This document shows positions 35,920 through 43,812 of a stretch of 64,000 nt of DNA, one piece after another; positions within the stretch are counted from its first letter, which is position 1; the number at the start of each line of letters is the position of its first letter. The position numbers and the translations under genes are program-made. The notes under the pieces were generated by a model, which was not told the origin of the DNA, made no database searches, and worked only from the letters and a program-made list of their open reading frames with translations. The DNA lies in contig JAXGRO010000006.1 in the NCBI GenBank assembly GCA_040765825.1, forward strand, positions 4,203-68,202, in the 5' to 3' direction. This DNA is from Methanomassiliicoccales archaeon. Lineage in GTDB: Archaea; Thermoplasmatota; Thermoplasmata; Methanomassiliicoccales; UBA472.

Positions 35920-37673
35920 ATGGAGGCGAACGGGGACCTGCTGTTCGAATTGGCCATAATCCTGGTCACCGCCGGGGCCATATCCGTGCTGTTCTCCAAG
36001 CTGAAACTGCCGGTGGTCGTGGGATATCTGGCCGCGGGAATGATCCTCGGCCCCAACCTGTTCGAGCCCTCCTTCGTCAACGACGTGGAGATCATCAACG
36101 CCCTGGCCGACGCCGGCATCGTCCTGCTCATGTTCACCCTGGGGCTGGAGTTCAACCTGAAGAGGCTGCGGAAGGTGGGACTGTTCGCCGCCCTGGCCGG
36201 AACGGTCGAGATAGTGCTGATGATCACCCTGGGATATGGGCTGGGGACCATGCTGGGCTGGAGCCCGGTGCAGTCCATATTCCTGGGGGCGGTGATGAGC
36301 ATATCTTCCACGGCCGTCATAATCAAGGTGCTCTCCGACGCGGACATGATGAAGAAGGAGTTCGCCGAGGCCATCGTTGGGATACTTATAATCGAGGACA
36401 TCGCCGCGGTCATCATCCTGACCCTGGCCTCCCCGCTGGCCGCCGGGGACGGCATCTCCTTCAGCGGCATAATCCTGCAGATCGCCTACATCGCCATATT
36501 CATGCTCATCCTGCTCATCCTGGGACTGGCGGTGGTACCCCGGCTCCTGGACCGCTTCTATCCCACCGCCGCCCCGGAGACCCTGCTGATAGTGTCCCTG
36601 GGACTGTGCTTCGGCATGGCCATCGCCGCCCAGTTCTTCGGGCTGTCCGTGGCCATCGGGGCCTTCCTGATGGGCATAATCATCTCCCAGTCCAGGGTCC
36701 AGGAGAGGCTGGTGGAGAGGATCGTGCCCATCAAGGAGATGTTCATGGCCCTGTTCTTCATCTCCATCGGGCTGCTGATCGACCGTGGCTGATCATGGAC
36801 AACCTGCTGGTGGCCCTGGCCATCGCCGTGGCCTTCATCGCGGGCAAGTTGTTCAGCGTGAGCCTGGGCACCTTCCTGAGCAACAAGGACGCCCGGACCT
36901 CGCTGATGGCCGGCATGGGCATGCTGGCCATGGGGGAGTTCTCCTTCGTCATCGCCAAGACCGCCTTCGACCTGGGGGCGGTGGACCAGCTGTTCTCCTC
37001 GGTCATCGGGGCGGCGCTGGTGACCATGTTCTTCCCTCCCCCTCCTTCCGCCGGGCCCGCGCACCATCGAGCTGAGCGGGGCACTCCTTCCCTCCATCCG
37101 GGAATCGCTGCGCCGGGTGGACCACCTGCGCACATACGTACGGACATGGGGGTGTGGATGAACGCACGCCGACCGGCGCCGCGAGGGTGCGGCAGATATT
37201 CTGGATCGTCATCGACGTGATCATCATCTTCCTGCTGCAGGTCATGGCCGTGACCTTCTGCCCCTTGACCTGGTCAGGCTCTTCGGCGTGGACCCGGAGG
37301 GGCACGGGCGCGGTGTGGTACATGGCGGCCATCGCCGCCTTCATCGGGCTGATGCTACCCCGCGCTGCTGAACATACTGAGCAGGGTCAGGGTCGTGGGC
37401 CTCATGCTCATACGCGGGGTCATGGAGGCCGGGCATTTTCGAAGGAGGCGCGGAGGCCGCCTGTTCAGGTGTTCGTGAACACGCATCATCGTGGCCATAA
37501 TCGGGGTGGTATCTTCTTCCTCTTCATCCCCATCGCCCCCGGGTGTGCAGGCTCGGTGCTGCCTTATCTTCGGGGCCGCGGTGGGGCTGGTGATCGCCTA
37601 CCTCCTGTAGGACGCCAACCGCAGCGCCTACGACCGGGTATGCCACCTGCTCACCGACGGCCTGAACAAGTGA
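35920..37673 (+). pseudogene. CPA2/Kef-type cation:proton antiporter, disrupted by multiple frameshifts after codon 288 or so (or locally erroneous sequence)
   Basis: 35920-36792 encodes an intact N-terminal 290 aa of a Na+/H+-exchanger-family protein. The continuation (WLIMDNLLVALAIAVAFIAGK...AMGEFSFVIAK...) is in another frame from about 36785. Further recognisable pieces lie in all three frames down to a plausible end ...LLTDGLNK-stop near 37673. Confidence 0.7.
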
Positions 37674-37698
37674 CATTTTCAACGCCCCCATCGAATGG

Positions 37699-37706
37699 TT
37701 ATTTAA
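37699..37706 (+). promoter_or_regulatory. TATA-like element upstream of mre11
   Basis: TTATTTAA lies 23-30 nt upstream of the ATG at 37729. Confidence 0.35.
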
Positions 37707-37728
37707 GCCCGGCCCCTAATCCCGGCGG

Positions 37729-38837
37729 ATGAGGGATAGCGCACATGGCCGACACACCGCATGTCGGCTACACCTACCGCCGCACCGACCCGGAGACGGG
37801 CATGAACCAGCGGGAAGTGGACGTGTACCGCGCGTTCGAGCGCGCCATCGATTCCATCATCTCCAGGCGTCCGGACGTGGTCCTGCATTCGGGGACCTCT
37901 TCGATTCCGTGCGCCCTTCCAACCGCGCGCTCTCGGTGGTCCTGGAGCAGCTGCTCCGCCTGTCCGACCGGGCATTCCAGTGGTGCTCATCGCCGGGAAC
38001 CATTCCACCCCCGGCTGGCAAGGGAGACCGGCAGCGTGTTCCGCCTCTTCGAGCATTTGGACGGTGTTCACCCGTTCCTACGCACCCCGGGGTTCACCGC
38101 AAGGGGATTCGGGACCTGCTCGTGACCGCCTTCCCCCACCAGGACCGGGAGACGGTCATGCCGGTGCTGCAAGGATTGGAAGAGGGGCCGGCACCGCTAC
38201 GAGGTGGGCATGCTGCACGCCGGGATCGAGGCTGTCGCGCTACGGCACCGGGGAGGCCAACGAGCTCAGCCTGCCCTCCTCGCTGCTGGACGCGGACTTC
38301 GTCGCCCTGGAGCACTACCACATGCAGGAGCAGATCACCGCCAACGCCTGGTACAGCGGCTCCCTGGAAGCGCCTGTCCTTCGCGGAGGCCGGGCAGGCG
38401 AAGGGATACATGCTGGTGGACCTGGAGAGGGGAGGAAGGAGTTCGTGCGCCTTCCCGTCCGGCCCATGTTCTCCCTGGGCCCCATCAGCGCCAAGGGCCG
38501 CGCCGCCGGCGAGAAGCTGCAGACCGAGCTGGCCGAGGCCCTGGGCTCGAACCTGGAGGGGGCCATCGTGCGCCTGGTGGTGAATGACATACCCTCCCCG
38601 CTGTATCGCAGCCTGGACCAGAACGCCCTGCGGGCGCAGGCGGAGAAGGCCGTGCACCTGGAGCTCAAGTTCGGCATCGTGCAGGGAAACAGCTCGGTGC
38701 AGTGGAGGTCCACCTCGCTCAGCTCCCTGGACCAGGAGTTCGAATCCTACCTGTCGCAGTGCCCGGTGGAGGGGGCGGACCGGGAGCAGCTGAGGGTGCG
38801 CGGACTGGAGTACATACGCAGGGGGAGGGGCGAATGA
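37729..38837 (+). pseudogene. mre11: Mre11 DNA double-strand-break repair nuclease, split over about 9 frame segments (pseudogene or sequence errors)
   Basis: Calcineurin-like phosphoesterase motifs are present but lie in different frames: ..ADT.H.GY (37745 frame), GDLFDS (37729 frame), VVLIAGNHSTP (37980 frame), then RLARETGSVFRLFEHL, GMLHAGIE and GEANELSLP.. The last segment ends ..RRGRGE-stop at 38837, overlapping the rad50 ATG (ATGA). Confidence 0.75.
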
Positions 38838-41254
38838 GGCTGCGCTTCATGGAGCTGCGCAACTACCGCAAGTTCCGCAGCGCGGCCATAGAGTTCCCGG
38901 ACGGGGTGGTGGCCATCGTCGGTCAGAACGGAGCGGGCAAGACCACCCTCCTGGAGGCGGTCACCTGGGCCCTTTTCGGCAACGAGAGCTCGGTGGTGCG
39001 CGACGGGAAGGAGGGGGTCATGAGCGCGGCGGCCGCCCCGGGCGAGGAGTGCTCGGTGGTGCTGGAGTTCGACCTCGACGAGGACAGCTACCGCCTGGCC
39101 AGGAGCATGAAGGGCAAGGGGCTGAAGGTGGAGGCCTCCCTGGAGGTCAACGGGAACCTGGTGGCCACCGGGGACACCGATGTCAGCCGCTCGGTCGCCG
39201 CAAGGCTGGGCATGGACCACAAGGCCTTCTTCGTTTCCGTTTTCGCCAAGCAGAAGGACCTCAACGCCCTGGCCAACCTGCGCCCGGCGGAACGCAAGAC
39301 CCTGGTCCTGCGCATGCTGGGGGTGGACTTCCTGGATGAGGTGATAAAGGAGGTGGACAGGGACGCCAAGTCCGCCAAGAGGGAGGCCGAGCAGCTCTCC
39401 GCCCTGCTCCGGGACGAGCAGGGGAGGGACAAGGAGGAGCTGCTGCGGGAGGAGGAGAGGGCCATCGACCTAGCGGCCACCGAGGCCGAGCAGGTGCTGC
39501 TCCGGCTCACCGAGGAAAGGGCCAGGGCATGCGAGGAGGCCGAGAGGGCCAAGGCCGCCTGGGAGGCCGAGGAGGAACGCTACCGAAGGGACGTGGCCCT
39601 GGAGCGCCGCATCACCGGCCTGAGGTCCGGGCTGCAGGCCAAGCGGGAATCGCTGGCCCGGCTGGACCGGGAGATAGCCGACCTGGAGGACCTGCAGGCG
39701 TCCCTGCCGGAGCTGGAGGCCAAGGAGAACGAGTACCACCGGGCCGTGCAGGGGCTGGAGCGGCAGGCCTCGCTCCGAGAGGCCTTCCTGCGGCGGGAGA
39801 GGCTGGAGAGGGACCTGGAGGGACGCCGTGCGGAGCTGGGGGCCCTGCGGGCGGAGAGCGAGGGAACGGAGAGGGACCTGGCGGGCCTGCCGGACCTGGA
39901 GGCCAGCCTGAGCACGGTGGAGGCCAGCCTGGAGGAGGTCCGGGACCTGGCCACCTCCATAGCCTCCCAGCAGCGCCTGGCCGAGGCCGAGCTGGCCCGG
40001 ATGCGCTCCTCGCTGTCCGAGGTCGTCAGGAGGACGGAGGAGATCGAGAGGCTGGGAGAGGAGGCCGACTGCCCCACCTGCCGGAGGCCCATGGGCCGCC
40101 AGTACGCGGACCTGCTGCGCACCTACGGGGAGGAGAGGCAGGCCCTGGAGAGGGGCATGGGGGAGCTGGAGACCAGCCTCAGCTCATTGGAGGAGCAGAG
40201 GGGAAGGAACGCCCAGCGCCGGAAGGTGCTGGAGGACCGCCGCTCCAAGTTCCTGGCGCAGTCGAGGCAGAAGGCCTCCCTGCAGGAGAGGTCCGACAGG
40301 GAGAGGCGCGCCATCGTGGACCTGGAGGGCAAGATGGCCTCCCTCAAGGAGGAGCTGGCCGCAGCGGGCCCCGCGGAATACCAGCTGGAGGAGCACGAGA
40401 GGGCCAGGACCAGGGTGCGGGAGCTCGAGCCGGCCCACCTGGCCCTCAGCCGGGCCCAGGCCAAGATGGAGAGGCTGCCCCGGGCCCGCCAGGAGAGGGA
40501 GGGGGGCCAGGCCGTCGTGATCCAGGAGGAGGCCGACCTGGCCAAGCTGACGGAGGACCGCACCGCGCTGGGATTCCTGCCCAAGGTCCTTCAGGAACGC
40601 CGCGCGGCCTACGATCAGGCCCGTTCCCGCTCGGGGACCCTGGCGGAGGAGGCGGCCAGGGCCGAGGGCGACATGAGGAGGCTGGGAGCGGAGCGGGCCG
40701 CCCTGCGCCGGCGCCGGGAGGAGCTGCAGGGGGTCCGGGACCGCCACCGCTCCATGATGGCGGAGCAGGACACCCTTAACCGCCTGGCCTCGATCATGAA
40801 GGGCTTCAAGGAGAACGTCATCTCCCGCATCGTTCCCACCCTCTCCGAGACGTCCTCGGACCTGCTGTCGCAGCTCACCGAGGGCAAGTACGGCGGTCTG
40901 AGGTTGGACGACGACTATCAGATGTACCTCTACGACCAGGGGGACGAGCACCGCCTGGAGAGGTTCTCCGGCGGGGAGACGGATCTGGCCAACCTTTGCC
41001 TGCGGCTGGCCATATCGCGCATGATCATGGAGCGTTCGGGAAGCCAGATGAACTTCCTGGTCCTGGACGAGATATTCGGCTCCCAGGACCAGAACCGCAA
41101 GCGCAACATACTGGAGACCCTGGGCCAGTTGCAGAAGCAGTTCCGGCAGATACTGCTGATAACCCACATCGACGACGTCAAGGACAGCGTCAGCGCGGTG
41201 CTGAGGGTCAGGGAGAAAGAAGACGGCTCCAGCACCGCGGTGCTGGAGGATTAG
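38834..41254 (+). CDS. rad50: Rad50 DNA double-strand-break repair ATPase
   Basis: MRLRFMELRNYRKF, Walker A GQNGAGKTT and long E/R/L-rich coiled coils. The zinc-hook CPTC (ADCPTCRRP) sits mid-protein. Signature FSGGE and Walker B LVLDE are present. Confidence 0.9.
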   Translation: MRLRFMELRNYRKFRSAAIEFPDGVVAIVGQNGAGKTTLLEAVTWALFGNESSVVRDGKEGVMSAAAAPGEECSVVLEFDLDEDSYRLARSMKGKGLKVEASLEVNGNLVATGDTDVSRSVAARLGMDHKAFFVSVFAKQKDLNALANLRPAERKTLVLRMLGVDFLDEVIKEVDRDAKSAKREAEQLSALLRDEQGRDKEELLREEERAIDLAATEAEQVLLRLTEERARACEEAERAKAAWEAEEERYRRDVALERRITGLRSGLQAKRESLARLDREIADLEDLQASLPELEAKENEYHRAVQGLERQASLREAFLRRERLERDLEGRRAELGALRAESEGTERDLAGLPDLEASLSTVEASLEEVRDLATSIASQQRLAEAELARMRSSLSEVVRRTEEIERLGEEADCPTCRRPMGRQYADLLRTYGEERQALERGMGELETSLSSLEEQRGRNAQRRKVLEDRRSKFLAQSRQKASLQERSDRERRAIVDLEGKMASLKEELAAAGPAEYQLEEHERARTRVRELEPAHLALSRAQAKMERLPRARQEREGGQAVVIQEEADLAKLTEDRTALGFLPKVLQERRAAYDQARSRSGTLAEEAARAEGDMRRLGAERAALRRRREELQGVRDRHRSMMAEQDTLNRLASIMKGFKENVISRIVPTLSETSSDLLSQLTEGKYGGLRLDDDYQMYLYDQGDEHRLERFSGGETDLANLCLRLAISRMIMERSGSQMNFLVLDEIFGSQDQNRKRNILETLGQLQKQFRQILLITHIDDVKDSVSAVLRVREKEDGSSTAVLED

Positions 41255-41258
41255 CTTT

Positions 41259-41540
41259 TCACTTCTGGTCGGTGACCTTGATCAGGTGGAACCCGAACTG
41301 GGTCTTCACAGGACCGACGATCTCGCCCTTGGCGTGATTGAAGGCCGCGTCCTCGAACTCCTTGACCATCATGTTCCTTCCGAACCACCCCAGGTCCCCG
41401 CCCTTGCGCCCGGAGGGGCACATGGAGTTCTGCTTGGCCAGCTCCTCGAAGCTGGCCCCGTTCTTGATCTGCTGCAGGAGTTCCTTGGCCTTGTCCTCTT
41501 TGGCCACCAGGATGTGAGCTGCCCTTACCTCTTTGACCAT
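41259..41540 (-). CDS. Parvulin-type peptidyl-prolyl cis-trans isomerase
   Basis: 93 aa: RAAHILV...A....G.SFEELAK..S.CPS...GGDLGWF....MV.EFE.AAF....GE..GPV.T.FG.HLIKV. This is the classic PpiC/parvulin pattern. Confidence 0.85.
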   Translation of the reverse strand: MVKEVRAAHILVAKEDKAKELLQQIKNGASFEELAKQNSMCPSGRKGGDLGWFGRNMMVKEFEDAAFNHAKGEIVGPVKTQFGFHLIKVTDQK

Positions 41541-41641
41541 GCCCTCAGCATGGAAAGGGCGGTATAAACTTGTTCTCCCCGGGCCGGCCGGAGCCCTTGG
41601 GTGGATCGCGGCCTGGCGATCCCTCCTGGTCAGAATGGGCG

Positions 41642-42718
41642 CTACCGGGAAGACCGCCCCGGTTCCTGCGGCCTTGCGGCGACCACCTTGAGGCTCTCGA
41701 CCGGCATCCCCCGGTACTGCTCTTTGCTGATGCCCCGGTCCTCGGAGGTTCTTTCCACCGTGAAACCTGCGGAGGCGATCAGCTCCAGGTACTCCTCCTT
41801 CAGGACCGCCCCGGCCACGCATCCGGTGATGAGCTCCTCGTCCGACCTCTGCTCCTCGCTCAGCTCCTGCAGCAGGACCATGTCGGAGATGTACATCCTG
41901 CCGCCCGGCCTCAGCACCCTGAAGGCCTCCCTGAAGGCTCTGGACTTGTCGGGCACCAGGTTGATGACGCAGTTGCTCAGGACCAGGTCCACCGAGCCGT
42001 CCTCCACCGGAAGGTCCTCGATGTCCCCCAGCATGAACTCCACGTTGGTGAGGCCGTGGTCCTCGGCGATCCTCCGCGCCCTGTCCACCATCTCCGTGGT
42101 GATATCCACTCCGATCACACGGCCGCGGGGGCCGACCCTTCTGGCGGCCAGGAAGGCGTCCATGCCGGACCCGCTGCCCAGGTCGAGCACGGTCTCCCCC
42201 TCCCTGATGTCGCCCAGGGCCCCCGGGTTCCCGCATCCCAATCCCAGGTTCGATGCCGGGACGGCCCCCATCTCCTCGCCGGAGTAGCCGATCGCGGCGG
42301 AGATCCGCATGGGGCTCTGGCCGCCGCAGCATCCGGGGCCGCATGAGCCGCCCTCCTGGGCGATGGTGCCGTACCTCTTGCGGACAGCCTTCCGTATCTG
42401 CCCTTCCGAGGGGGATCCCCCGGGGCAGCGGGATTCCTGCTCCTCAACGCCCATGGCCCTGAGGCGTTCCCGCATCTCCGGGCTGGAGATGCGGTACACG
42501 ACCTTGCGCCCCTGCTTCTCGAACCTAACCACCCCCGCCTCGTGAAGCACCTTGAGGTGCCTGGATACGGTGGTCTGGTCCTTGTTCACGGCATGGAAAT
42601 CGCAGGCGCAATGCTCCTCCCTCAGGAGGTAGCCCACAATGGTCAGCCGGGTCTCGTCGCCCAGGGCCCTGAAAAGTTTGACGTTATCGGATGGCACAAA
42701 TAATGCATATATGAGCAT
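41642..42718 (-). CDS. ArsR-family HTH domain fused to an arsenite S-adenosylmethionine methyltransferase (ArsM)-like domain
   Basis: N-terminal ArsR wHTH with a metal-site-like CAC (LFRALGDETRL..., EEHCACDF, VSRHLKVLHEAG). Then an ArsM-like region: Cys-rich GGSCGPGCCGG, GLGCGNP and the SAM motif VLDLGSGSGMD. An alternative GTG start lies at 42697. Confidence 0.75.
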   Translation of the reverse strand: MLIYALFVPSDNVKLFRALGDETRLTIVGYLLREEHCACDFHAVNKDQTTVSRHLKVLHEAGVVRFEKQGRKVVYRISSPEMRERLRAMGVEEQESRCPGGSPSEGQIRKAVRKRYGTIAQEGGSCGPGCCGGQSPMRISAAIGYSGEEMGAVPASNLGLGCGNPGALGDIREGETVLDLGSGSGMDAFLAARRVGPRGRVIGVDITTEMVDRARRIAEDHGLTNVEFMLGDIEDLPVEDGSVDLVLSNCVINLVPDKSRAFREAFRVLRPGGRMYISDMVLLQELSEEQRSDEELITGCVAGAVLKEEYLELIASAGFTVERTSEDRGISKEQYRGMPVESLKVVAARPQEPGRSSR

Positions 42719-42813
42719 ATATACATATATTGTGAGGAGGAAAGGAACGCTAGGACGATGATCATTCAGCCCTTGAGGTCCGGAGCCTGGAGCTAAGCGG
42801 TCCTAGGCCAGCA

Positions 42814-43812
42814 TCATTCGAACACCTTGTCCAGGTCCACGTTGTCCCGGACGGCCTTCTCCACCAGCCTGACCTTCTCGCAGTCCTCGGGCTCGATGCG
42901 GGCGATGAGGTTGTCCACCAGCTCGGAGGTGGCCAGGGTGTCGTAGCGGGTGACCAGTATGGGTATCCCGCGCTCGAACGCCCTCGACACCACCTGGTTG
43001 GCCGGGTACATCCCCCCGGTGAGGATCAGGCAGGAGGTGTCCGTGGAGAGCGCGGCCAGCTGAATGTCGGAGCGGTCTCCGCCGGTGATGATGGCCTTGC
43101 GGCGGTGGCGGCGCATGTACTTCAGCGCCGTCTCCACGGTCATGGCCCCGATGAACACCCCCTCCACCCGGTTGTCCTCGTTCTCCTGCCCCACCACCAC
43201 GTCGGCCGAGAGCGCCTCCACCACCTCCTTTACGGTGAAGTAGGTCATCTCCGGGATGTGCGGGATGCATCCCAGCACCCGGATGCCCTTGGCCTCCAGG
43301 AAGTTGGCCACGGCCAGGTCGTCGGTCTTGTTCAGGATCACCCCCTTCAGGTCGATCTTGTAGTTGCTGACCAGCTTGGTGAGCATGGCGATCTTGTCCA
43401 GGGCCGCCGGTTCCGGCGTGGAGATCAGCACCAGGTCGGAGCCGGTGGCCTCGGTTATGGCCAGGCCGGAGACGTCGTTCATGTAGCCGGTGGTGACCTC
43501 CCTGGTCCCCTCGATGAGCATCATGTCGCAGTCGCAGGACGCCTTCTCGTATGCGTTCCGCACCTCCGCCATGCGCACCGGCCGGAATATGTCGTAGGTG
43601 AAGGGGCACAGCACCTCCTCGGGCTTCTCCATTCCCAGCACCTGGCGCATGAGGTAGGCGTCCTGGTCGATGACCCGGTCGCCCACGCGCATGAGGCGTT
43701 CCTTGAAGGGCTTGAAGAAGCCCACCTGGCCCTGGAAGTTCTTGGCCAGGCCCAGGGTCACCATGGACTTGCCAGACTTCTCCACCACCGAACCCAGATA
43801 TACAGATCTCAT
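42814..43812 (-). CDS. BioD-like P-loop + DRTGG domain protein (equivalent to the N-terminal regulatory module of class II phosphotransacetylases), no PTA catalytic domain
   Basis: N-terminal EKSGKS P-loop-like segment and MLIEG core. The C-terminal half has IITGGDRSD (DRTGG-type motif). The ATG overlaps the stop of the acetyl-CoA synthetase gene (ATGA). Confidence 0.7.
   Translation of the reverse strand: MRSVYLGSVVEKSGKSMVTLGLAKNFQGQVGFFKPFKERLMRVGDRVIDQDAYLMRQVLGMEKPEEVLCPFTYDIFRPVRMAEVRNAYEKASCDCDMMLIEGTREVTTGYMNDVSGLAITEATGSDLVLISTPEPAALDKIAMLTKLVSNYKIDLKGVILNKTDDLAVANFLEAKGIRVLGCIPHIPEMTYFTVKEVVEALSADVVVGQENEDNRVEGVFIGAMTVETALKYMRRHRRKAIITGGDRSDIQLAALSTDTSCLILTGGMYPANQVVSRAFERGIPILVTRYDTLATSELVDNLIARIEPEDCEKVRLVEKAVRDNVDLDKVFE

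Noticed and set aside
36783-38440. Programmed ribosomal frameshifting or recoding in the antiporter and mre11
   Set aside because: There are too many shifts (about a dozen or more), in both directions and across two unrelated genes. No slippery heptamer or downstream-structure pattern is present. Homopolymer indels, whether artefact or decay, explain them.
38834-41254. Low-complexity E/R/L/A-rich stretches (about 39.3-40.8 kb) as a repeat element
   Set aside because: They are the Rad50 coiled-coil arms flanking the CPTC zinc hook, which is expected for this protein.
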